Assembly (NCBI GenBank): GCA_965242965.1
Contig: OZ251518.1
Span: forward strand, 4,064,001 to 4,128,000
Direction: 5' to 3'
DNA from: Candidatus Poribacteria bacterium
GTDB taxonomy: Bacteria; Poribacteria; WGA-4E; WGA-3G
Length of the DNA: 64,000 nucleotides
Part shown: one piece after another, positions 37,613-46,429 of the stretch
How the letters are laid out: every line of letters starts with the position of its first letter
Position numbering within the stretch: the stretch's first letter is position 1
Made by a program: the position numbers and the translations under genes
The notes under the pieces: generated by a model
Databases searched by the model: none
What the model saw: only the letters and a program-made list of their open reading frames with translations
What the model was told of the DNA's origin: nothing

Positions 37613-38383
37613 TTATTCTTTAATCACAAAGAATTTCTCCTCTTTAATCCGTTCTTCCGGGAAGCGCGCGCGCGCCCAGATCGCCTTTGCATTCTCGATC
37701 ATCTGTGGATGTCCGCATGCGTAGACGACTGAGTTCGTATGATTGAAGTCTTGCGCGTCCCCGTATTTGCGGATGACATCTTCGGCGCGCCCACTTTCGC
37801 CTTCCCAACTCGGGTCTTCCCACGGCCGGCTGACTGTCGGGACGAAAGAGAACCATTCTTCCTGCGCGGCGAGTTCGTTAAGTTCGTCCATGTAGTAGCC
37901 GAGTTCCCAGGAACGGCTCGCGCCGACGATGGCGAGGAGTTGGTGCGGGCTCGGTTCGCCGCGTTCCTGCTCGATTTTCTGCGTGCGCGCGATGCTAATG
38001 TAGGGTGCCGCGCCCGTGACGGTGCCCGCCATGAGGTGCCGCGTCATGCCGCTCTCGGTGTCCATGACGAACTTCCCGACGAGACGTTCGCGGAAAAACA
38101 CACTGTCGCCGAGTTTCAATTCCCAGAACAGCGGAGTTGTTTCACCCTCCGGCACTAATTCCACGAACACTTCCATGAACGGCTCATGCGGCGAGGAGAC
38201 GATGGAGTAGGGACGCTGGACAATTTTCTCACCGACCTGGAAGCCGATAGTGGCGTATTGTCCCGGAATAAACGGGAGCTGCTTCTCCATCCCAAATTTG
38301 AACGCCGCCAAGTCTTCGGAAAAGTCCTCACGTTCAATAAGTTCGCCTTTACAATACTGCGCTCTAGCGCGTCTTCTTCGCAT
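37613..38383 (-). CDS. fpr: Ferredoxin--NADP+ reductase
   Basis: FIPGQYATIG, RPYSIVS, GTVTGAAPY, VPTVSRP, YACGHPQMI, EKFF. Confidence 0.85.
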   Translation of the reverse strand: MRRRRARAQYCKGELIEREDFSEDLAAFKFGMEKQLPFIPGQYATIGFQVGEKIVQRPYSIVSSPHEPFMEVFVELVPEGETTPLFWELKLGDSVFFRERLVGKFVMDTESGMTRHLMAGTVTGAAPYISIARTQKIEQERGEPSPHQLLAIVGASRSWELGYYMDELNELAAQEEWFSFVPTVSRPWEDPSWEGESGRAEDVIRKYGDAQDFNHTNSVVYACGHPQMIENAKAIWARARFPEERIKEEKFFVIKE

Positions 38384-38406
38384 AATAAATTCCTTTACAA
38401 TTAAAT

Positions 38407-38701
38407 GAGGGTGTTTCATAAATCGCTCAACGTCGCGGGGAAACCCGCTCGGATGCGCGTGTGGCATGCGAGGGCCCCCGCGCTACGATAAAAAACGCCT
38501 TTCCTTCACGTAGGGCGAGGGCCTGTCCCTCGCCATGCATTTTGGTGTCAGACCGCATCCCCCCTGTAGGTCAAGATCGCCTGATCTTGACCCGTTCGGG
38601 ATCAGGCGATCCCGAACTACAGAGATGGGCCCGATGCCTTCCGGTATTCGCCCGCCCTCCAAGGCGGGATAAATACCGAAACGGAGTTATGAAACACCCT
38701 G
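38407..38701. mobile_element. MITE-like element (295 bp) with terminal inverted repeats and 8-bp target-site duplication, carrying REP hairpins
   Basis: TIRs GAGGGTGTTTCATAA (38407-38421) and TTATGAAACACCCTG (38687-38701); flanking AATTAAAT at 38399-38406 and 38702-38709. Confidence 0.75.
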
Positions 38702-38906
38702 AATTAAATCAAGTTACGTCAAAAACCGCCGAATAGGTTTTCGACAATCGGGTTTTGTCATATTATACACGAAAAACCAAAGTAGATCAAGAGAAAAGTT
38801 TTTCTTGCAATTTGATACGATTTTGGTTATGATTAACATTGGCAACGTAACCTAGACGCATCACATTGCGTTTTTAAACAAAAATCATTAGGAGGATAAT
38901 ATCATT

Positions 38907-39686
38907 ATGTTGAAATTTATGAACGTATTCGCCCTCATCATCGTGCTAGTTGCGGGATGCGTCTTTAGCGTCCAAGGCGCGAAGGATGATTGCGAAAATA
39001 TCGATGGCAAGGGCGCGAAGCCTATCAAAGAAGTCGGCAAGGAAGACGATGGCGTTCAAAACGATTACGACGAAGTCGTCGAAGAGGACGAACGCAAGGG
39101 TGTCACCTACCTCTCCCTCATCGGGGGAAGTTCGCCGAAACCGAACGATTGTGGACTCAACCCGAAAAATAAGGAAGATGAGTGGACAGGCTGGGGTGGC
39201 CCGCTGGATACAGACAACGCGACTATCGGCGAAGGTATCGGCACGCGGAACGAAATCGTCATCGGTGGCATCTATTTTCCGCGCGGCATCGGCACGCATA
39301 CCATCGGCACGCTCGTCTATGATCTTTCCGGTGATAACTACCTCAAATTTGAGGGATACATCGGCATGGCAGACGAGAAGGACCCGGCCGAGTGCGGACA
39401 CGGCGGCAGCGGCGATTTCATCTTTAGCATCGATGGCAAGGAAGTCTACGCCTCCGAAAAACTCCAAGGTACCGAAGACGGAAAGAATGTCGACGCGGTA
39501 AAAGTTGAGCTTGACATTCCGGCGAACGCCAAAGAATTGGAGATTATCATGGGTGATGGCGGCGATGGACTCGGCTGCGATCATTCCGCTATTGGCGATG
39601 CGAAGTTGCTCAACGCGCAAGCACTCGCCGTTGAACCGGCGAATAAACTGCCGACGATTTGGGGCCACCTGAAGTCTCAGTATTAA
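38907..39686 (+). CDS. Secreted NPCBM/NEW2-domain protein
   Basis: IVIGGIYFPRGIGTH...LVYDLSG...FEGYIG...DHSAIGDAKL; C-terminal AVEPANKLPTIWGHLK; SD AGGAGG. Confidence 0.8.
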   Translation: MLKFMNVFALIIVLVAGCVFSVQGAKDDCENIDGKGAKPIKEVGKEDDGVQNDYDEVVEEDERKGVTYLSLIGGSSPKPNDCGLNPKNKEDEWTGWGGPLDTDNATIGEGIGTRNEIVIGGIYFPRGIGTHTIGTLVYDLSGDNYLKFEGYIGMADEKDPAECGHGGSGDFIFSIDGKEVYASEKLQGTEDGKNVDAVKVELDIPANAKELEIIMGDGGDGLGCDHSAIGDAKLLNAQALAVEPANKLPTIWGHLKSQY

Positions 39687-39714
39687 ACACCGCCGTGATA
39701 CGAAGAACCGTTTT

Positions 39715-40165
39715 TTTATCGTAGCGCGGGGGCGTTTTTTATCGTAGCGCGGGGGCCTGTCCCCCGCGATCGTTTCAGGTCCCGGAGCGGGTTTCCTCGC
39801 GATCTCGGCATGGCGAGGGACAGGCCCTCGCCCTACGATGCAGGGAGGCGTTTTTTTATCGTAGCGCGGGGGCCTGTCCCCCGCGATCGTTTCAGGCTCC
39901 GTAGCGGGTTTCCTCGCGATCTCGGCATGGCGAGGGACAGGCCCTCGCCCTACGGTGCAGGGGGCGTTTTTTATCGTAGGGCTTGGGCCCTCGGATGCCA
40001 CACGCGCATCCGAGCGGGTTTCCCCCGCGATCGTTTCAGGCTCCGTAGCGGGTTTCCTCGCGATCTCGGCATGGCGAGGGACAGGCCCTCGCCCTACGAT
40101 GAGGGTGGTGTTTTTTTCGTAGACGCGCCGTCCTATTGCATCAAAACCAGGAGGGCTCTCCTACG
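39715..40165. repeat. Tandem array of three REP-doublet units
   Basis: GTAG REP, spacer CGTTTCAGG..CCG.AGCGGGTTTCCTCGCGATCTCGGCA, then inverted REP, repeated three times. Confidence 0.88.
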
Positions 40166-40241
40166 GATACACGTTTTTCCTTGCAATTTTATTTTCGTTG
40201 TGTTATCATATTAACAATTCTTGTTCATAAGGAGAAAATTT

Positions 40242-41009
40242 ATGAAAACAGTTATCTTAACCCTCGGCGTGCTGGTTTTCAGCCTCATCGCGGCGCACAT
40301 CAGCACCGCCGAGATTGATATGGAGACAGCCGTCGGCATTTGGCTCTTTGACGAAGGAAAAGGCGATGTTGCCGGCGATCTGTCTGACGCAGGAAACGAG
40401 GGCGAATTGGTGGAATCTCCCGCCTGGGTGAAAGGCAAATTCGGGATGGCTCTTGAATTTGATGGGAAAGCCAGCTGCGTCAAAACCGAACAGAAACTCC
40501 TCGATAGTTTAGAAGAATTCACGATTATCACGTGGATAAAGACCGGCGACATCACCGCGAATCGTATCGGCCTCGTCGGGCAAAACGATGCACCGGAATT
40601 CGGGTTCGGGAACCCGAAGGAACTGGCACTCTGGACACCCACCTCCGGTTGGAACCCGCACCCGTGGAAATTGAAGCACGGCGATGGCGAGTGGCACCAC
40701 GTCGGATGTGTCGCCACAACGGACTATGTCCACGTCTACATTGACGGCGAATACGAGGAAAAGAAGGGCGGCTGGGCAAATCACGGCGCGTCCGGTTTTA
40801 ACGTCAATATCGGCGGCTGCGGCGTGTGGGATCCCAATGGCAACTTTTTCACCGGTGCCATGGACGAAGTCGCTATCTTCCACTCCGCACTAGAGCAAGA
40901 GGATATCCAGACGTTGATGGGCGGATTCAATGCCTATTTGGCGGTTGAACCGGCCAATAAACTGAGCGTCACATGGGGACATCTGAAGGCGAATCATCAT
41001 TTTCGGTAG
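40242..41009 (+). CDS. Secreted LamG-like protein (tandem paralog 1)
   Basis: VGIWLFDEGKG, GKFGMALEFDG, WHHVG, FTGAMDEVAIF, AVEPANKLSVTWGHLK; SD AAGGAG. Confidence 0.87.
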   Translation: MKTVILTLGVLVFSLIAAHISTAEIDMETAVGIWLFDEGKGDVAGDLSDAGNEGELVESPAWVKGKFGMALEFDGKASCVKTEQKLLDSLEEFTIITWIKTGDITANRIGLVGQNDAPEFGFGNPKELALWTPTSGWNPHPWKLKHGDGEWHHVGCVATTDYVHVYIDGEYEEKKGGWANHGASGFNVNIGGCGVWDPNGNFFTGAMDEVAIFHSALEQEDIQTLMGGFNAYLAVEPANKLSVTWGHLKANHHFR

Positions 41010-41081
41010 AGCGAGCTCGCATCGGTAGGCGCGCTTACAAACCGCGCCTATCGGTTATCATTTCATAAAGGAGAAAAACGT

Positions 41082-41849
41082 ATGAGAAAAGTTATCTTAA
41101 CCCTCGGCGTGCTGGTGTTCAGCCTCATCGCGGCACACATCAGCACCGCCGAGATTGATATGGAGACAGCCGTCGGCATTTGGCTCTTTGATGAAGGCAA
41201 AGGCGATGTTGCCGGTGACCTGTCTGACGCAGGAAACGAGGGTGAACTCGTCAAGTCGCCCGCTTGGGTGAAAGGCAAATTCGGGATGGCTCTCGAATTT
41301 GACGGGAAAGCCAGCTGCGTCAAAACCGAACAGAAACTCCTTGATAGTTTAGAGGAGTTTACGATTATCCTGTGGGTGCAGACCGGGGACATCACCGCGA
41401 ATCGTATCGGCCTCGTCGGGCAAAACGATTCGCCAGAATTCGGGTTTATCAATCCGAACGAGTTGAACCTCTGGACACCCACCGCCGGTGGAACTTCAAA
41501 CCCGTGGGAATTCAAGCACGATGATGGCGAGTGGCACCACGTCGGATGTGTCGCCACGACAGACTATGTCCACGTCTATATTGATGGTGAATATGTTGAG
41601 AAGAAGGGCGGCTGGGCAAATCACGGCGCGTCTAATTTCAACGTCAACATCGGCGGCTGCGGCGTGTGGGACCCCGATGGTAACTTTTTCACCGGTGCTA
41701 TAGACGAAGTCGCCATCTTCCACTCTGCGCTGGAGCAAGAGGATATCCAGACGTTAATGGATGGATTCCAGACCTACTTGGCAGTTGAACCTGCCAATAA
41801 GTTGAGTGTGACGTGGGGACATCTGAAAAAGGTTAACCATTTCCGGTAA
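41082..41849 (+). CDS. Secreted LamG-like protein (tandem paralog 2)
   Basis: Highly similar to 40242-41009. Confidence 0.87.
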   Translation: MRKVILTLGVLVFSLIAAHISTAEIDMETAVGIWLFDEGKGDVAGDLSDAGNEGELVKSPAWVKGKFGMALEFDGKASCVKTEQKLLDSLEEFTIILWVQTGDITANRIGLVGQNDSPEFGFINPNELNLWTPTAGGTSNPWEFKHDDGEWHHVGCVATTDYVHVYIDGEYVEKKGGWANHGASNFNVNIGGCGVWDPDGNFFTGAIDEVAIFHSALEQEDIQTLMDGFQTYLAVEPANKLSVTWGHLKKVNHFR

Positions 41850-41874
41850 CGTTGTCGAAAACGTTCCATATTCA

Positions 41875-42372
41875 CGTAGGGCGAGGGCCTGTCCCTCGCC
41901 ATCCAACGATCGCGGGGGACAGGCCCCCGCGCTACGGTGTCCGGAACGGCCTCCCTTTACCGTAGGGCGAGGGCCTGTCCCTCGCCACGCACCGATCGCG
42001 AGAAAACCCGATCGCAGGCCGAAGACCACGCGCTCCGGGGCCTGAAACGATCGCGGGGGACAGGCCCCCGCGCTACGGTATTCGGAACGGCCTCCCTTAC
42101 CGTAGGGCGAGGGCCTGTCCCTCGCCATGCACCGATCGCGAAGAAACTCGCTCGGAACGGAGCTTGAAACGATCGCGGGGGACAGGCCCCCGCGCTACGG
42201 TGTCCGGAGCGGTCTCCTTTTACCGTAGGGCGAGGGCCTGTCCCTCGCCATCCAACAACCGCGCGCAAAACAGGCCCCCGCGCTAAGCCCATCTCTGTAG
42301 TTTGTGATCGCCTGATCACAAACGGTTCAGGATCTGGCGATCCTGACCTACAGAGGTGATGCAGTCTGACAG
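41875..42372. repeat. REP doublet array plus double-hairpin element
   Basis: Alternating GTAGGGCGAGGGCCTGTCCCTCGCC and GATCGCGGGGGACAGGCCCCCGCGCTAC; double hairpin at 42297-42351. Confidence 0.88.
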
Positions 42373-42404
42373 CCCGCCGGTAACGTGCTGTTTTTGCACA
42401 CAAA

Positions 42405-42623
42405 ATGAACATACAAGAAATGCTAACGCAGGAGATGCGTGAACTGCGCCGCTGCAACCCCGCGTTTCACGAACTTTTGAATGAACTTCTTCATTACAAA
42501 GACGGCACCGGAAATTATTCGGTCGACCGGCACAAGAAGTTGGACGAAGAGCCGGATATTGAGACGCTCGCAGCGCGAATCCAACGCAGACGCGAAACCG
42601 CGCAGAAGAACGAAAACGCGTAA
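42405..42623 (+). CDS. Small hypothetical protein
   Basis: 72-aa ORF directly upstream of the RM gene; no motif recognised. Confidence 0.45.
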   Translation: MNIQEMLTQEMRELRRCNPAFHELLNELLHYKDGTGNYSVDRHKKLDEEPDIETLAARIQRRRETAQKNENA

Positions 42624-42685
42624 ACGAAAACCACACGGTAGGCGCGCTTACAAACCCGCGCCTACCAACACGATTTCACACGATT

Positions 42686-45600
42686 ATGCCAACACTTAAA
42701 CTCAAACCCACACATGCCGCCATCACCGAATACTACACGGCGCAGGAACGATACGCACGACAGAACGTCACCCGCGAAACAGCCGTGCGCGGCGCATTCA
42801 TCCCACTGCTAGAAACCTGCGCACGCCAAATGCAGTGGACACTCCTCCTCGAAGAGCCACTCCATACGCAACAAAACCGCAGAATTGTCATTGACGGTGT
42901 GCTTGTTGACGATTTCCGATTGCCGCAAGGTTACTACGAAGCGAAGGATATCCTCGATGATCTCGATGCCGAAATTGACAAGAAAATCGCCGCGGGCTAC
43001 CCACTTGACAATACCCTCTTCCAAAACCCCGAACGCGCGGTGCTTTATCAAAACGGCGAGATGGTGATGGAGGCAGACTTGGCGGATGCGGAACAACTGG
43101 TCGAAATCCTCAAGGCGTTTTGTGCCTACCGTTCCGATAACGTCACCGAATGGCAGGCGGCGGTGGCGGACTTCAAAACGCAGGTGCGCGCACTCGGACA
43201 ACGGGCGACGCGCCTCATCCAAGCCGAACTGCAGCAGAACCCACACTTTCAAGAGGTGTTCACCACTTTTCACCAACACTGCCGAGATTCAATCAACCCC
43301 AATCTCTCTACCGCCGCGGTGGAGGAGATGTTGGTGCAACACCTGCTGATAGAACGAACGTTCCGGACCGTTTTCAATAACCCCGATTTCACGCAGCGGA
43401 ACGTCATCGCGCGCGAAATCGCGAACGTTACCCAAGTGTTAATGGAACGGATGCCCAGTTCCGGCGAATTCCTCAAACCGTTGGACCGGTTTTATGACAC
43501 CATCGAACGCACCGCCGCCGATTTGAAGGACTTCTCCCAAAAACAGCACTTCCTTAACACCGTCTATGAGCAGTTCTTCCAAGGCTTTTCGGTTGACGTG
43601 GCGGATACGCACGGCATCGTCTACACCCCGCAACCTATCGTCAGTTTCATGGTGAAAAGCGTTGAACAGATTCTGCAAACCGAGTTTAACCGTTCGCTTT
43701 CGGATGCCGGGGTGCATCTCATCGACGCGTTCGTCGGCACCGGCAATTTCATCGTGCATCTCATGCGCGAAATCGGCGACAAAAGCAAAATCGCACTGAT
43801 GGACAAATACGCCGAGGGACTCTGGTGCAACGAGGTCTTGCTCTTACCCTATTACATCGCAACGCTCAACATCGAACACGAATTCTACGTCGCCACCGGG
43901 ACATACCGCCCCTTTGAAGGCATCTGTCTCGTCGATACGTTTGACTTGGCGGAAGGGAGACAGGCGGAGATGTTCGCGCCTGACAATACGCAACGCGTGG
44001 AGAAGCAGAAGGCTGCACCGATGTTCGTCGTCATCGGAAATCCACCCTATAACGCTGGACAAATCAACGAAAACGATAACAATAAGAATCGAAAGTATCC
44101 AGCAATGGATGCACGCGTGAAAGAGACATACGCGCAAGCCTCCAACGAGCAAAATAAAAAGCCTCTCGCGGACGCGTATGTTAAAGGACTCCGGTGGGCT
44201 TCCGACAGAATCGGCAAGGAAGGCATCGTCGCTGTCGTCACAAACAACAGTTTTCTTGACGGTAGAGCATTTGATGGAATGCGGAAACATCTGGCGCAGG
44301 ATTTCACCAAAATTTACCACCTCAATTTTAAGGGGAATGCGCGCACCTCCGGGGAACGCCGCCGAAAGGAGGGAGGTAACGTTTTTGACGATGAAATCCG
44401 TGTCGGCATCGGGATAAGTTTCTTCATCAAAAAGGCGCAACCGAAATCGGAACCTGCGGAAGTGTGGCTTTACCACGTTGACGACTATCTCAAGGCACGT
44501 GATAAGCAGGAACTCTTAATGCAATTCGGGGACTATACAAAAGTTCCGATGAAACAGGTAACGCCTGATTCAAGGCACACTTGGCTCACAGAGGATTTGC
44601 GTCCCGAATTTGAGACTTTTCTCCCTATGGGGAGCAAGAAAGCAAAAAAAGGCGAAGGAAATACCATTTTCGGCACTTTCTGCTGCGGTTTGCAAACTGC
44701 AAGAGATGTGTGGTGTTATCATTTCGACCGGGACGAACTCGCGCGAAACATGCGCGCGATGATTGACACCTACAACGGGGAGGTTTTCAGATGGGAACGG
44801 CGCACGAACCTAGATGAACAACTTGACTCCTTTGTAATTTCTGATAAGCAGAAAATTAGTTGGAGTTCGGCGTTAAAAAGTCATCTCCGGCGCGGACGCA
44901 TTGCGGAATTTTCAGAAGAGAAAATTCGCCAAGCACTCTATCGTCCCTTCACGAAAATGCATCTTTTCTTCGATCGCATTCTTGATCATGCCGTTTTTCT
45001 GTTCCCATCCATTTTCCCGACTCCCGAAACGGAAGGGGAGAATCGGGTGATATGTGTCAAGGCACCGGGTTCAACCAAACCTTTTCACGCGCTGATGACT
45101 GACATCATTCCTGATTACCATTTCACAGGGGATTCTCGGTGCTTTCCGTTCTATACTTACGATGAGGATGGGACGAATCGGCGTGAGAACATCACGGATT
45201 GGGCATTGGCGGCGTTCCGTTCGCATTACGGCGATGCTTCGATCACGAAGTGGGATATTTTCAACTATACTTACGGGCTGTTGCATCATCCTGCGTATGG
45301 CGAGACGTATCGGGCGAATTTGATGCGCGATTTGCCGCATATCCCGTTTGCGGCAGATTTCTGGGCATTTGCGAAGGCGGGTGCGCGGTTGGCAGAGTTG
45401 CATGTTGACTATGAGTCGCAGCCGGAGTATCCGTTGCGTTTGGCGGAGAATCCTGATGCCTCTCCCGATTGGCGCGTGGAGAAGATGAAGTTGTCGAGGG
45501 ACAAGACAGAGATTCGGTATAATGCGTGGTTAACGCTGGCGGACATTCCTGCGGCTGCGTTTTCGTATCGGTTGGGAGCGCGTTCGGCGTTGGAGTGGGT

Positions 45601-45760
45601 TGTGGAGCAGTATCGTGTCAAACGCAATGACCCGAGTGGCATCGTGAACGATGCGAATTGTTTGGGTTCGGAGCGCGCTATCGTGCGGCATCTCTGTCAG
45701 GTGACATGGGTGAGTTTAGAGACGGTTCGGGTTGTTTCGGGTTTGCCGGGGTTGATTTGA
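42686..45760 (+). CDS. Single-polypeptide restriction-modification enzyme (Type IIG-like; m6A MTase with Type ISP-like specificity domain, no helicase)
   Basis: N-terminal IDG...YYEAKD nuclease-like motif; HGIVYTPQPIV, motif I DAFVGTGNF, motif IV GNPPY; YRPFTK, RRENITDWAL, Y.YGLLHHP.Y..Y..NL..DLPHIP, Y.LG.RSALEWVVEQY. Confidence 0.88.
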   Translation: MPTLKLKPTHAAITEYYTAQERYARQNVTRETAVRGAFIPLLETCARQMQWTLLLEEPLHTQQNRRIVIDGVLVDDFRLPQGYYEAKDILDDLDAEIDKKIAAGYPLDNTLFQNPERAVLYQNGEMVMEADLADAEQLVEILKAFCAYRSDNVTEWQAAVADFKTQVRALGQRATRLIQAELQQNPHFQEVFTTFHQHCRDSINPNLSTAAVEEMLVQHLLIERTFRTVFNNPDFTQRNVIAREIANVTQVLMERMPSSGEFLKPLDRFYDTIERTAADLKDFSQKQHFLNTVYEQFFQGFSVDVADTHGIVYTPQPIVSFMVKSVEQILQTEFNRSLSDAGVHLIDAFVGTGNFIVHLMREIGDKSKIALMDKYAEGLWCNEVLLLPYYIATLNIEHEFYVATGTYRPFEGICLVDTFDLAEGRQAEMFAPDNTQRVEKQKAAPMFVVIGNPPYNAGQINENDNNKNRKYPAMDARVKETYAQASNEQNKKPLADAYVKGLRWASDRIGKEGIVAVVTNNSFLDGRAFDGMRKHLAQDFTKIYHLNFKGNARTSGERRRKEGGNVFDDEIRVGIGISFFIKKAQPKSEPAEVWLYHVDDYLKARDKQELLMQFGDYTKVPMKQVTPDSRHTWLTEDLRPEFETFLPMGSKKAKKGEGNTIFGTFCCGLQTARDVWCYHFDRDELARNMRAMIDTYNGEVFRWERRTNLDEQLDSFVISDKQKISWSSALKSHLRRGRIAEFSEEKIRQALYRPFTKMHLFFDRILDHAVFLFPSIFPTPETEGENRVICVKAPGSTKPFHALMTDIIPDYHFTGDSRCFPFYTYDEDGTNRRENITDWALAAFRSHYGDASITKWDIFNYTYGLLHHPAYGETYRANLMRDLPHIPFAADFWAFAKAGARLAELHVDYESQPEYPLRLAENPDASPDWRVEKMKLSRDKTEIRYNAWLTLADIPAAAFSYRLGARSALEWVVEQYRVKRNDPSGIVNDANCLGSERAIVRHLCQVTWVSLETVRVVSGLPGLI

Positions 45761-45833
45761 AAAGAAATTAATCCTTGCAATTCGGCGTAATTGCGTGTAA
45801 ATTAATATCCAAGCGACGAGAGGAGGGATTGAA

Positions 45834-46364
45834 ATGAAAGGCGTTGTTGTTTTGCTAGTGGCGTTGTTTTTGGCTGTGCCTGCGCACGGCCAGGTCAGCG
45901 AAGAAAGGCTTGAGCAGATTATGAACCGGGCTCTTGAGCCGGTGCTGAACGAACTCCGTGAACTGAACGTAAAGTTTCACAAACTGGAAGCAAAGGTCCA
46001 CGCATTGGAAGCAAAGGTCCACGAACTGGAAGTGGAGCTCATCGTGGTAAAAGAGACTGTCCAAAAGGGGGAGATTGCGTTAAGCGGGCTGACGAGCGAG
46101 GTCCGCGGGAACGGGACCCGGATTACCGATGTGCGCGAGCAACTGACTTGGCAGTCAACTGGGCTGTTAACGGTGTCAGGCTTGCTGGTGACGTTGCTGC
46201 TGTGGGTCCTCAAGAAGGTATGGGATGAGCGTCGCGCAGACCGCGCTGAGTTGGCGGCGCAGCAGGCAGAACTTGTTCGGTTGCGCGCCGAGAACGAACG
46301 GCTCAAACCCCAAATTATTACGGAACGTGGGGGTGCCGCGAATGTTTCTGGGAACGTGCCTTAA
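45834..46364 (+). CDS. Hypothetical coiled-coil membrane protein
   Basis: Signal peptide, LEAKVH repeats, one TM helix, C-terminal coiled coil; SD GGAGG; upstream TTGCAA-N17-TAAATT. Confidence 0.7.
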   Translation: MKGVVVLLVALFLAVPAHGQVSEERLEQIMNRALEPVLNELRELNVKFHKLEAKVHALEAKVHELEVELIVVKETVQKGEIALSGLTSEVRGNGTRITDVREQLTWQSTGLLTVSGLLVTLLLWVLKKVWDERRADRAELAAQQAELVRLRAENERLKPQIITERGGAANVSGNVP

Positions 46365-46429
46365 CGGGGTGAATCGAGACCGGGAGGTCTCTCCTACCGG
46401 GAACAAAGCAATATCCGAGGAAGGGAAAG

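Noticed and set aside
38946-40001. 351-aa minus-strand ORF and similar ORFs with ARGPVPR/GDRPPRY/RGTGPR peptides (e.g. 32547-33264, 41754-42457, 61623-62179)
   Set aside because: These are translations of REP hairpins, or antisense shadows of real genes.
40242-41849. LamG pair as DGR template and variable repeats
   Set aside because: Differences are not adenine-specific, both are complete genes, and no reverse transcriptase is present.
39715-42372. REP arrays as CRISPR arrays
   Set aside because: Repeats alternate in orientation and the spacers are repeated or irregular, which fits BIME/REPIN structure.
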